A stretch of 64,000 bases of DNA from Takakia lepidozioides (lineage: Eukaryota; Plantae; Bryophyta). A program made the translations under genes and the position numbers. The stretch's first letter is position 1, and each line of letters opens with the position of its first letter. The stretch lies in contig CM060732.1 of NCBI GenBank assembly GCA_030704615.1, positions 42,036,001 through 42,100,000 on the forward strand, written 5' to 3'. The notes below the pieces were generated by a model. It was given only the letters and a program-made list of their open reading frames with translations, did no database searches and was not told the DNA's origin. Below are positions 49,725 through 61,860 of the stretch, one piece after another.

Positions 49725-52492
49725 TCGGAATCCCTCCCCGAAACGGGTACACACTTCATAACCATCTTAGCTATGTTGTGGCCGCGGCTTCTGAGCCAAA
49801 CACTCCAGGTTTGAATCAAAATGTCCCTCAGAGTTGTATCCAAAGGGATTCTTGCGAGGCGTCTGTTGTTCGTGGAGAAGCCGGAGGGTCAGGAGCAACA
49901 CCCGATTGTACGCCAGCACTTGTACGGACCAGACCATTGAGGCAACAATCAATGCAAGAAGGCTTAAATTTGTCGCACAGGAGGACTCTGGATAAAAAGT
50001 GGACCCAATTTTTTTACGAGGCCAATATTCCGTTCAATGTCTCAAGGCTTCCTACGTTTGTGGCTACTATCAAAGCCACATCCGATTCCAAGTCCACATA
50101 CACACCTCCGAGTTATCGCGATCTCCGCACATGATTGCTAGAAGAGGTTATGTCTGACCTCACCCAAAAGGTGAATGAAAAGACAGATGATTCTCTCCGG
50201 AAATATGGAAGCACTATATGTGTGGACGGTTGGAGTTCTGTTACTAATCGACCACTGTTCAATGTCATGCTGGTCTGTCCTACGGGGGAACAATTTTTGG
50301 GATCCGTTGACACAAGCGGGGAGAGAAAAGATGCACGTTATCAAACAGGGTTGTTGACGAGTTTCATCGATAAAATTGGAGCTGATAAAATTGTCCAAGT
50401 GTACACGGACAATGCATCTAACATGGTTAATATGGCCGATATTTTGATGGTACGATATCCCCATCTATATTACCAAGGGTGTGTTGCTTATATCTTTGAT
50501 CTTCTTTTGGAGGATTGGGGAAAAGAATCATGGATGAAACAACTAGTAAAAAGGGCAAAGTCGGTTGTGACGTTTTTTCGTACACATCACATCCCTCTGG
50601 CATTATTTAGATAGCATGAACCCAAATACAGCCTTAGGAACCCGGGTGAAACCCGCTTTGCCACAAACTTTTTGATGGTGGATCGACTGGTGACTGTGAG
50701 GGCGGGTCTGGAGCAGGTGGTCATTGACCCTCAATGGGATGCGTATGTGGGCACCTTACGCGACTCTCGTAAGTCCAAGTCTTTGAGCAAAAGTCGGAGG
50801 GTCCGCGCAATCATTCGCTCCGACGATTTCTGGGCGAAATGTGCAAATTTTGTGTACATAGTGGAGCCGGTGTTGATTGCTTTGCGGGAGTTTGATGGAA
50901 AACAACCAATAATGGATAAAGCATGGTTGATATTGGAAAACCTTGAGAAGCACGTGCAATCTTTGAGGCGTCTTTCTATGGACGATGATTTGGCGGCAAG
51001 GACCGAGGATGCATTTTACGACCGCAAACGGATGGTTCGCACGGACTTGCATTATGCGGGGACCTTGCTGAATCCATTCTTGCTGGACAATACGGATTTG
51101 AGAGACGATGTGGATGCCAAAGTTGGGCTTGTACGGGTCATCATGCAACTCGCGCCCTTGAACATGGCAGAGCGAGATTTTTCCGAGTACCAGTGCTTCT
51201 CGGATCGCCAAAATCATTTTCATGACATGCCGGATCCAAAAGCAATGAACATGTTGCCACATGAATGGTGGGATCTGATTGGAGCTGGAGCAAGAACGTT
51301 AGCCCCATTGCAAAGCGTATTCTTGCTCAAGTGTGCTCTGCCTCGTCCTGTGAGCGGAACTGGAGCAGTTACTCGTTTGTTCACAACAAGATTCGCAACA
51401 GGTTAAATCCTATCAGTGACAAATTGGTTTATGTCTACACGAATTGAAGGCTACTGCAAGAGAGGACAGCAAGTGATGCATCTGCATGGTACGAGAAGAA
51501 TCTGTTGTCTGAAGAATTTGCCTTAGAGGTACAATCTAGCAGCAATGATGACACCGACGCCGCGAAGGACTCCGACTCTGACGGTTGGGATAGGTCCGAT
51601 GATGTGGGCACATGACCCATATGAATTTAATGACGATGATGTTGCAATGCATCCATCCTTCGATGACCTTGTTGTTGATGAACTGCAACATGGTGTCATC
51701 CCAATTGCGGACCCATTTCCCCCAGTGGAGCATACTCTCAACAATGAAGTTGAGGTCAACTCTCCCCCACCATGAGTTCCACGGACTGCAGGAGATGTGC
51801 AGGTCGAATCGTCGGATGATGACAACCGGCCGTTGTCATTCCTTCACCGACATCGTGCTCCTGTGAACCGTGCTTCTCCATCTCATGTTTATCTTTCTCA
51901 AGCCGGTCCATCCCATGCTAGTCCATCTAGTCTCTCTCCCCCTCATGTAATTCCTTCCATCGCTACTCCGATCCTGGGAGATGCTTCTTCTGCTGCGGGA
52001 CTTCTGCAAGTCGAACCATCGGATGACGACGACCGGCCATTGTCGTTTCATCTAGCCCGACGACGTCCGTATGTGAACCGTGCTTCCTCGACCCTCGCAG
52101 GTCCATCTCATGCCCCTTCCTCTCATGTCGGCCCCTCTGATGTACATGCGAGTAGCCTTCCTCATACGAGACCTGCTCCAAGGCCACCACGAAATCCGGG
52201 ACAAGCCCAGAAACAGCAGAGAATTGTGCAACCTTTTGTTGGTGATCGACCTGTGAACAGGCCTGATACCTTAGATGGTATTCATGATAGGAGTGGAAAT
52301 TGACCAGAGAGACAACTGAACGTACTCCGAGGACGACTACAGGTCCAACGACCAGTTGCCTCTGAAAACGAAAGAACAGATGGAGATCATGATTTTAGCA
52401 CTGATCATGGGAACGAGGGTGAAGTGAGTGGGGACGAAGATTTTGTACTAGGCGTGAGATCATACCATCGTCGTCGTGCCAGACGGAACTAG
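49725..52492 (+). pseudogene. hAT-superfamily (DUF659 + hAT dimerisation domain) transposase pseudogene; BED finger not seen
   Basis: FFYEANIPFNV..PPSYRDLRT, TICVDGWS, VQVYTDNASN, CVAYIFDLLLED, PGETRFATNF, LHYAGTLLNP, WWDLIG, SASSCERNWS..RNRL..LVYVYTN; long low-complexity tail; stops and frameshifts. Confidence 0.92.
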
Positions 52493-52816
52493 GTACAACT
52501 ATAACTTTTGTCACATGATGTATAGTATGTTTCCATGGATATCCATGTTTTAGTTTGGGTACATGCATACGTGTACGGAAATAAAAATGGTGGAATATGT
52601 GTACCCAAGAAAGGGTTTGGTGGTTGTGCGTGTGTTTGTGTTTCGTCATTACCTTTACATTACATTGTTGATTTCCTATTATGGTTTTGAAAGCCACAAA
52701 GGCTAGGTGCAGCTCCCAACATTCATCTTCCCCTTCACAAATCCATGGGGAGCCGATATATGTGCTTTTCATCTGCCTCTCCAAACATACATACAGGTGC
52801 AATGGGACCAACCTCC

Positions 52817-52934
52817 TGGTGGTCGCACCTATTTTAAAAAAAACAATTGTGCGACCACCAATAGCGGTCGTCGCAACTGTTAAAATAAAATAAAAATGTT
52901 GCGACCACCCCCCTGCTGGTAGTCGCACCTATTT
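52817..52934. promoter_or_regulatory. Array of five GGTGGTCGCA-like motifs in alternating orientation upstream of the RING gene
   Basis: Two 12-bp inverted pairs (52817-28/52849-60 and 52866-77/52898-909), each with a 20-bp A/T spacer, plus a fifth copy at 52917. Confidence 0.8.
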
Positions 52935-52984
52935 ACTGATTTAATAGGTAGTAAGTTAGTACGTAGTAAGGGGGGCTGGAAAGA

Positions 52985-54842
52985 ATGGGGTTGGGGACTC
53001 TCGACAGCGTACGCGGTGTGCTTCAGGACCCGAGGCCAATCACCAACGAGCAAGACATATTGGCGCGTTTGAATATGCCACCAATGGACATTGACCGCGT
53101 CATCGACGGGGTTGACTCAATATCTGGTTTTTATTCATTGCGAAAAAAAAATCCTGCAATGCGTGCACAGCTATTGCACCCATTGAACGGATGTGGTTGA
53201 AGCCGGGCATGGGAATGAAGTGCAAACACCTGAACTGGACTCGGCGAGGGTTGAGGAAGAAAAACTTGCGGCGGAGAAGGCAAGAAAAGGGAAGGACCCC
53301 ATAGTGGAAACTGAGGAATGTTCTGCCGTGCAAATTACATCGGCCCAAGAACATAAATTAGAGCAGCTTGTGGGGAAACACGAGCAAGCTAGGGCTGTTG
53401 CATATCGGTACTCAAATGCCATGCAAATCCGATCATGGCCATGGTTGAAGAGGGATTGGCGGAATTGGGTGACATGGGCGGGCCATCTAGCATCGCGGGA
53501 AACACGGATAGAAGAAGTGTTGTCCTCCCTCCAACGTGCAGCACGTTTGTCGAATCGAAGCGTAGATAGCATCTACGCTAATTCACTGTGCGTGATGTAT
53601 TCACGTCGAAGTACACTGGATTCACCACATGGGGTGATGTGGATGCCATGTTTGAGCACTGTATGCATACAATTTCCGATACCAATAAGAGCATAAACTG
53701 GGATTTGGAAGTAGAGGAGGAGTGGGACAGCAGGCCGAGGATGTCAGCCTACATTCATGAGGATAAACGGACGTGGATACCACGGAGCAATCCAGCGTCA
53801 TGGGTAACAGATGGTACGGTATGCACAATGTGCCTAAACCCTTACGGACCGGAGGGAGGCTATATGCTTGGTTCATGTGGCCATTTGTTCCATCCCGCAT
53901 GTCTCATATCGGCAGCCATGTGAGCCAGCCAATGCCCTGACTGCCGTGGACCAATCCATCGACGTTTCTACGAGTTGTTTGGATTGCAAGACAATATGCC
54001 CACGGGATACGAGTACAACCGGTACAACATGCCATTGGATGTATCGCCTTACGATTTTTTAAATTGGCAGCACTAGGGGGAGACAATGACATGGGATGCT
54101 CCAAGAGAGATGCACGCCTTGGATGCGAAGACGTTAACTAGGGTTAAAGATCCGGTGACCTTTTGGGTGACATCCAACTGGGAAATAACCGTGCGTGCTA
54201 GAGGCATACGGGACCCAGTCCAAAAGAAGCTTTTTTGTCGGGAGGGCATTGGAGCAGTACCAAACAAAGATTCTTCCGACTACCTAAGGATCCATGGGTG
54301 CCAGCGGAAAATGACCCATACAATCGCGAACCGATTGGGAGAGACCTATTTATGAGGGAGTTGGAGGCCGCTAGCATCCGTTGGGAGGATATGAATGAGA
54401 CATATTGTCTCGTCGGGATAAAGGGCCATTTCTGCCAGAGTTGTGCAGAGACCCCCAGCAGGAGGAGGTGTTGGACAATTTCAAGGCTGCCATCACGAGT
54501 GTTGTAAAGTATTGGCAGAACACATGGCATGACCAAGTTGCCCCTATTCCAGGGGTGTTCTTGCCACTTCCAAACATATCGGATTTAATTGAAAAATTGC
54601 ATGAAGCCGTAGCAAGAGCGACACACCCAGCTCTGGCAAATGTGAAAGAGAGTCAGCACTCGCCTAGAACGCTACGCATGATGGCAAGGGTGGACCACAC
54701 AACACTGGGTCCTTCTTTGACCACTCGAGCCCAGGCTCGAGCTCTCCGTACTGGTGGAGGCACGTCCTCTACACCCGGAGCATCTTCATCAACATCTGGA
54801 GATGACGACAACGAAGTAATAAATCTAGATGAAGATGACTAG
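52985..54842 (+). pseudogene. RING-H2 finger protein pseudogene (apparently intronless)
   Basis: CTMCLNPYGPEGGYMLGSCGHLFHPACLISAAM*ASQCPDCRGPI (C3H2C3 spacing) at ~53820-53960; stops, frameshifts and an 83-bp foreign insert at 53122-53204. Confidence 0.85.
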
Positions 54843-54934
54843 AAAGGCTAGAAAAAGGAGTAGGCCAAAGGTCTCAATTTGCGAAAACTTAAATGTGCAA
54901 CCCAATGTATAGTCTACGTAATTTTTGGAAATAC

Positions 54935-55590
54935 GAGGTTCATCCTTTGAACCATTTTTGAATGACCTCATACTTGTTCGGTACCTGTTTGAGGGCATGT
55001 ACAATATACTGGCAAAGTTTCAAAACAATCAAAAATTGTTGAATGAAGATACCATTGGTTCACCCATTGCAATATTTTAAATCGAATTCATACTTGTTCG
55101 GTACCTTTAAGAGGGCATGTACAATGCAATGGCAAAGTTTGAAAGCATTCATAAATTGGTACATCAAGTAACCATTGGTTCCTCCTGTGAACCATTTTTG
55201 ATTGATCTCATACTTGTCCGGTCCATGTAGGCATGTAGAACATATTGGCAAAATTTCAAATCATTCAAATTTTTTTTGATCAAGGAACCTTTGGTTTATC
55301 CTTTTCACCATTAACGATTAATCACAAATAAATGAACAGACTAATAAATCATTTGCCTCCAAATGATTTTGGTTCGCTTTGAGACTTGGCCAATATATTC
55401 AATGTACCATGGAAGAGGCCCCAGAGTAATATGAGATCAATCGAGATTTGTTCAATGGGCCAACGGATGGTTGTCCATCCAAATGATTTTCGTTCGCTTT
55501 GAGACTTGGCCAGTGTGTTCAATGTACCCTTTGATAGGTCCCAGTGTAATATGAGATCAATCGAAATTCGTTCGATGGGCCAATGAGGCG
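54935..55590. repeat. 120-bp tandem units: 3 forward, then 2 related units in reverse orientation
   Basis: CATACTTGT at 54969, 55089, 55209; ATATGAGATCAA at 55429, 55549. Confidence 0.92.
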
Positions 55591-55687
55591 TTCAGTTGTC
55601 ATCTGGTTTTTGTTCATTGCGAAAAAAAAAATCATGCAATGCGTGCACGGCTATTGCATCCATCGAACGGATGTGGTTGAAGCCCCT

Positions 55688-56559
55688 CTTTTGCCCCCAT
55701 GTGCTTGAACATGTGCGGAGATACAACAGACGAATAAATCATTTGCCTCCCCATCGACACCAAGCCATTCCATAATGTAATTGAATTTAAATTAATTTTA
55801 AGCCAATAAATAGGCTTGCACTGCCTTTCATTGGGGGTTTCTGGCACGTATCGATTTTGTTTTTGGCTCAATTTTGTTGTGCAGCTTCAAGCATCCCACT
55901 GCTACTCTCCCGCCAAAATTTGGACCAATCAAAAATGCCCCAAAAAAAAAGTGTTCTCTTCGCTCACTATTGCAAAACTCTCTATGAAGAGTGCATGAAG
56001 TTGAACACAAATCAAGTTTGGAGTGCAAAACGGGCAAGAAACTGTGGTTTTGGGTCCAAATGCATTTTGATCGCTCCAAATTTGGCACGCACGTTGCATA
56101 TGGAGTCATTACACACCCCATTCAAAAACAGAATGAAAAAAAAAACATGAGCACGCGAAACACAGTCCAACAGGTCCCAAAGTAATAGCAGATCCAACAT
56201 AATACATTCAATGGGTGAGCGGATGGTTGCCTATCCAAATCATTTTTGTTTGCTTCCAAACTTTGCTAGTACGTTCGAGACACCCTCTCACAGGTCCCGG
56301 ACTAATATCAGATCAATCGAAATTCATTCGATGGCTCAACGGATGGTTGGCCATGGAAATGATTTTGGTTCGCTTTGACACTTGGCCATTATGTTCAATG
56401 TACCATGGAAGAGGCCCCAGAGTAATATGAGATCAATCAAAATTCGTTCAATGGGCCAACGGATGGTTGCCCATCCAAATGATTTTCGTTCGCGCTGAAA
56501 CTTGGCCAGTGTGTTCAATGTACCCTCTGATACGTCCCAGTGTAATACGAGATCAATCG
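55688..56559 (+). repeat. Left arm of an ~870-bp inverted repeat (includes 3 reverse 120-bp units)
   Basis: Reverse complement of 57398-58261 along its length, with scattered substitutions and small indels. Confidence 0.95.
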
Positions 56560-56563
56560 AAAT

Positions 56564-57225
56564 GCTCCTATTGGAACAGATGCAACAGGAAGGCTTGAAG
56601 CCTAATAGTAGTACCTTCATATCTGTCTTTTCAGCATGCAGCCATGGGGGCCTTGTGGATGAAAGCCATCAGTGCTTTGATTCCTTGAGACATGATCATG
56701 GTCTCACTGCTACAGTGGAGCATTTTAGCTGCATGGTAGGACTTTCTTGGCCGTGCAGGGCGATTGTATGAAGCAGAGGACTTAATTAACAACATGCCAA
56801 TCATGCCAGATGTTGGGGTATGGACGGCCTTGCTTGGTGCCTGCAGAGTTTATAGAGATGTGGAGATAGCAGAACGTGTAGCAAAGAGCATTCTCAAGAT
56901 CGATCCGGAGCACTCTGCGGCTCATGTGTTGCTATCAAACATTTATGTTGTCATAAAGGAGCCAGGGTGCAGCTACATTGAGGTTGACAACAGGGTGCAT
57001 ACTTTTGTTGTAGGAGGCAAATTGCATCCACAAATTCCGGAAATTCATGCTGAGCTGCAGATTGTCTCGGCTGATGAAGGGGGTGGGATATGTTCCTGAC
57101 ACGTGCTTTGTGTTACATGACGTTTAGGAGGATATGTATGTCAAATGTGGGTGCATCGAGGATGCAAATGGAGTGTTTGACAGTGTGGCTGAACGTGATG
57201 TGGTGCCGTGGAGTGTGATGATTGC
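56564..57225 (+). pseudogene. PPR C-terminal fragment (P2-L2-S2, E1/E2, start of DYW) plus a short extra PPR piece at 57134-57225
   Basis: TFISVFSACSHGGLVDE, VEHFSCMV, MPIMPDVGVWTALLGACR, KEPGCSYIEVDNRVHTFVVG..HPQ, GYVPDT..VLHDV; frameshifts. Confidence 0.92.
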
Positions 57226-57229
57226 AAGT

Positions 57230-57395
57230 AGCAATTGCCATTTCACAGGTTACAGTTGCAATTTGAGGGGCGGGAATTGCCATTTCAGGACCTAGAAGTG
57301 CAATTTGAGAGGTTGGAATTGACAATTTCAAGGGCTCAAATTACAATTTGAGGGGCGGCCGGGGTTGGCCATTTTAGGGACTAACATTACCAATT
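57230..57395. repeat. Degenerate ~21/42-bp minisatellite (GCAATTTGAGGGG..GGAATTGCCATTTCAGG)
   Basis: Visible periodic ATTGC(C/A)ATTT motifs; a related tract lies at ~60345-60410. Confidence 0.7.
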
Positions 57396-57397
57396 AC

Positions 57398-58261
57398 CGA
57401 TTGATCTCATATTACATAGGGACCTATCAGAGGGTACATTGAGCCAAGTCTCAAAGCGAACGAAAATCATTTGGATGGGCAACCATCCGTCGGCCCATTG
57501 AACGAATTTCGGTTGATCTCATATTACTCTGAGGCCTCTTCCATGGTACATTGAACATAGTGGCCAAGTCTCAAAGCGAACCAAAATCATTTCGATGGCC
57601 AACCATCCATTGAGCCATCGAATGAATTTCGATTGATCTGATATTAGTCCGGGACCTGTGAGAGAGTGTCTCGAACGTACTAGCAAAGTTTGGAAGCAAA
57701 CAAAAATGATTTGGATGGGCAACCATCCGCTCACGAATGTATTATATTGGATCTGCTATTACTTTGGGACTTGTTGGACTGCGTGCTCATGTTTTTTTTT
57801 TCATTATGTTTTTGAATGGGGCGTGTAATGACTCCATATGCAACGTGCGTGCCAAATCTGGGAGCGATCAAAATTCATTTGGACCCAAAACCATAGTTTC
57901 TTGCCCGTTTTGCACTCCAAACTTGATTTGTGTTCAACTTCATGCACTCTTCATAGAGAGTTCTACAATAGTGAGCGAAGAGAACACTTTTTTTTGGGGG
58001 CATTTTTGATTGGTCCAAATTTTGGCGGGGGAGTAGCGGTGGGATGCTTAAAGCCGCAAAACAAAATTGAGCCAAAAAAAAAAATCAATACGTGCCAGAA
58101 ACCCCCAATGAAAGGCAGTACAAACCTATTTATTGGCTTAAAATGAATTTAAATTCAATTACATTGTGGAATAGCTTGAGGGGTGAACGCGTCGATGGGG
58201 AGGCAAATGATTTATTCGTCTAATGTGTCTCCACACATGTTCCAGCACATGGGGGCAAAAG
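57398..58261 (-). repeat. Right arm of the ~870-bp inverted repeat
   Basis: Reverse complement of 55688-56559. Confidence 0.95.
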
Positions 58262-58308
58262 TCAATGAATGAAGCAAAACACTAGCATCTTTCTCATAAA
58301 ACATCATT

Positions 58309-60345
58309 TCACCAGTAATCACCACAAGAACAAATCCCATCTTCGAAGTGGTGGAAAGTAGTTAGCGTCCCATACAACAATTGCTCGGCCAACAATCTTT
58401 GAGATGAATTTGGTAGAGATGTGGCAGTATCCACACAGTCGAAGATTCTTGATGAGTCGTGCTGATCAGCCCAAAACCAATGGTCAGCTTCTCACTGTGG
58501 TGACAAAGAGAAAATTCATTTCCTCCACATCATGCAATAAAAAGCGTCGTGTGTCAGGCACATACCCCGCCGCCTTCATCTGCCCAGACGATCTTCTCAG
58601 CTCAGTATGGATTTCCTTAATTCTGGGATGCAACTTGTCACCTGGCTCCTTTCTAACCCCTCTGACCTTCATCATTCTTCTCACCTTTGCAGTATCATCC
58701 CATCTGCCAGCTGCAACATAGGTGTTTGATATAACAACACATAAGTTGCGGCATCCTGTTCATCCCTCTTAAGGATAGATGTTGCCACACATTCAACCAT
58801 CTTCACATTGCCATGGATTCTGCAGGCACCAAGCAAGGCCTTCCACACCACAACATCTGGATTGATTGGCATTTTATTAATCAGGTCCACTGCCTCATGT
58901 AGTTGTCCCGCACGTCCAGAAGGTCCACCATGCAGCCAAAGTGCTTTACTGGCGGGGTGACACCATGCTCATGACTCAGGGAATCGAAATAGTGTCTTCT
59001 TTCATTCAGTAGGCCAGTGTGGCTGCATGCAGAGAGAACACATATAAAGGTGATATTGTCCGGCTTCAAGCCGTTCTTTTGCATTCCTTCAAATAGTTGC
59101 AGGACCTCCCTATGACAACCATGCTGGGCAAATCCTGCGATCATCGGATTCCATGACACCACATTTCATTCAGCCACATTGTCAAATACTCCCTTTGCAT
59201 CCTCTATGCACCCACATTTCACATACATGTCCACCAGGGCAGTGTCCAGAATGACATTTGGTACAATTTCAACTTTGATGATGTCACCATGCACCCTGTG
59301 CCCTTTTCCAGGGCTGCCAGGCTTGCACCAGCATTGCAAACGCACACAAACGTGATGTGGTTGCACTTCACCCCTTCCCCCATCATTTGCTCATAGGTCT
59401 CCAAAGCCTCCATCCCGTGCCCCTGCTATGCATATCCTGCAAGCATGGCGTTCCATGACACCAAATCTCGTTCAGCCATACTGTTGAGACTCCCTCAGCA
59501 TCCTCAATGCTCCCACATTTGGCATACATGTCCACGAGAGTATTGTTCATAATCACATCTGGTACGATTCCAGCTTTGGCGATGCAAGCATGCACCTCTT
59601 TGCCCTTTTCCAAGGCTGCCAGGCTTGCACACACACTGCAAATGCACACAAACGTGATGTGGTTGCACTTCACCCCTTCCCCCATCATTTGCTCATAGGT
59701 CTCCAAAGCCTCCATCCGCCCCTGCTGTGCATACCCCTGCAAGCATCGTATTCCACGACACCACATCTCGTTCAGCCATAGTGTTGAAATTAACTCCCTT
59801 CGCATCCTTAACGCACCCACATTTGGCATACATGTCCACCAGGGTAGTGTTCAGGATGCCATTTGGTACAATTCCAGCTTTGACTATGTCACCATGGACC
59901 TCTTTCCCATTTTTCAGGGCTGCAGGCTTGCACACGCATTGCAAACGCAAACAAACGTTTGTGGTTGGGCTTCACCCCTTCGCACATCATTTGCTTATAG
60001 GTCTCCAAAGCCTCCATCCCACGCCCCTGCTGTGCATACCCCTGCAAGCATCATGTTCCACAACACCACATCTCATTCAGCCATAGGGTTGAAATTAACT
60101 CCCTTCACATCCTTAATGCACCCACATTTGGCATACATGTCCACCAGGGCAGTATTAGGATGACATTTGGTACAATTCCAGCTTTGACGATGTCACCATG
60201 GACCTCTTCCCCCTTTTCCAGAGCTCCCAGGCTTGCACACGCATTGCAAACACAAACAAATGTCCACAGTTGGTTTTCACCCCTTCGCACATCATTTGTT
60301 CATAGGTCTCCAAAGCCTCCATCCCGCACCCTTGTTGTGCATATG
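58309..60345 (-). pseudogene. PLS-E-DYW PPR (organellar C-to-U editing factor type) pseudogene, 5'-truncated
   Basis: About four ~303-bp PLS triplets, P2L2S2, E motifs, and a DYW domain GYVPDT..LHDVEE..CHHSEKL..IKNLRLCGYCH..KFISKIVGRAIVV..HHFEDGICSCGDYW* (stop 58309-58311); many frameshifts. Confidence 0.95.
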
Positions 60346-60419
60346 CTTGAATTGCATTTTGAATTGTAATTCAAGGGTTACAATGGGCCATTGGGGGGCT
60401 AGAATTACCAAAGCAATGA

Positions 60420-61660
60420 CATCCAAAGCAATATAAAATCATTTGATAGCGGAATGATTGGTTCACCCTTTCAACCATTTTTTATTCACGTCATACTTGT
60501 CCGGTACTTGTAGGAGGGCATGTGGCTGACGCTTGCAAAGCTTCAAAGCAATGTAAAATCATTTGATAGGGGAACAATTGGTTCACCCTTTCAACCATAT
60601 TTTACTGACCTCATACTTGTCCGGTACCTTTAAAATGGCATGTGCAAGACACTTGCAAAGCTTTAAAGCACTCCAAATTCATTTGATATGTTCATGATTG
60701 ATTCACCCTTTCAACCATTTTAGATTGACTTGAAACTTGTGAAAGACCTGTAAGAGGGCATGTACAAGACACTTGCAAAGTTTCAAATCAATTTAAAATC
60801 ATTTGGTAGGGGGACGATTGGTTCACCTTTTAAACCATTTTAGATTGATGTCATACTTCTCAAAGACATGTAAGAGGGCATGTAGAAGACACTTGCAAAG
60901 TTTCGGAGCAATAAAATATCATTTCATCGGGGAAGTTTCCGTTCACCCTTTTATCCAATTTTGAATTGAACTGGAATTTTTACTAAATAAAATGATTTAG
61001 AGGGCATAGGATTGTGGGGCGCAATGATTTTGTTTTTGGTTTGATTTTGTTCTGTGAGTTGAACCCTTACACCACCACATCCTTGCCAAAAAATGTACCA
61101 AAGAAAAATGTTTGGAAAAAAACGTTCATCTTTTGCTCTATGCTCACTATTGCAGAGCTCTATATGAAGAGTGCATGAAGTTGAAGATAACTTCACCTTG
61201 GAGTGCAAATGAGGGAATAAAATGTGTTTTGGATGCAGACGATGTGTGTCCATGGTGATATTTTGTATGCAACTCTTCATGTTGTTATCAAGCATATGGC
61301 TTCAGAATGGAATTAAAAACAGACGAAAGGTTGTTTCTCCTTATGAATTTGAATAACCCATTCAAACAACTTTGTTGAAGTTCAATTTTGGTCCATATGT
61401 GCTTAAGTACGTACAAATCACGTACACAAAGTTGCAAGCGAAGAAATAATCATTTGCCCCCCGAACGACTCGTTAAACCTTTCAACCAATTTTCAATCAT
61501 GAATCATTTAATAGGGGAACTATTGGTTCACCCTTAGAACCATTTTAGATTGACCTCATACTTGTCCGGTAACTTTAAGAGAGCATGTGCAAGACACTCC
61601 CAAAGTTTCAAATCAATCTAAAATCATTTGGCAGGGGAACGATTGGTTCACCCATTGACC
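60420..61660. repeat. 120-bp tandem array (~4.5 units), ~370-bp spacer homologous to ~55780-56140, then ~2 more units
   Basis: CATACTT-like cores at 60492, 60612, 60732, 60852 and 61557; CTCACTATTGCA..CTATGAAGAGTGCATGAAGTTGAA shared with ~55963-56005. Confidence 0.9.
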
Positions 61661-61860
61661 CGGTGTACACTGTCACTCTTCAAGATTCGTGGGTGTGGTG
61701 CTTGATTATCCCATATGATGGACCCAAGTGCCATGGCCAAGTAACAAACCATTAAAACATTATGGTACGAGACAAACACAATTGAAAATAAAATTTATTC
61801 AAACATGATGTACAGTCAGAGGTCTACAAGTTTCTATCCATCCTCCAGCAATTTTTGGGC

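Larger units (their letters stand above)
39989..56563. mobile_element. Decayed large multi-gene DNA-transposon-like block (left end deleted; probably continues at 60.4-64 kb)
   Basis: Dense cluster of similarly decayed non-housekeeping ORFs (two transposase-like, ParB/MTase-like, RING), its own palindromic motifs and 120-bp arrays, lying between PPR pseudogene fragments. No TSD found. Confidence 0.65.

Noticed and set aside
38800-57127. One PPR gene cleanly split by an insertion with a TSD
   Set aside because: Motif registers at 39988 and 56564 do not join, there is no TSD, and the left junction cuts a transposase exon. A deletion or two separate genes is as likely.
55632-58146. Mirror-image ORFs in the inverted-repeat arms
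   Set aside because: By-products of the repeat, with no protein-like features.
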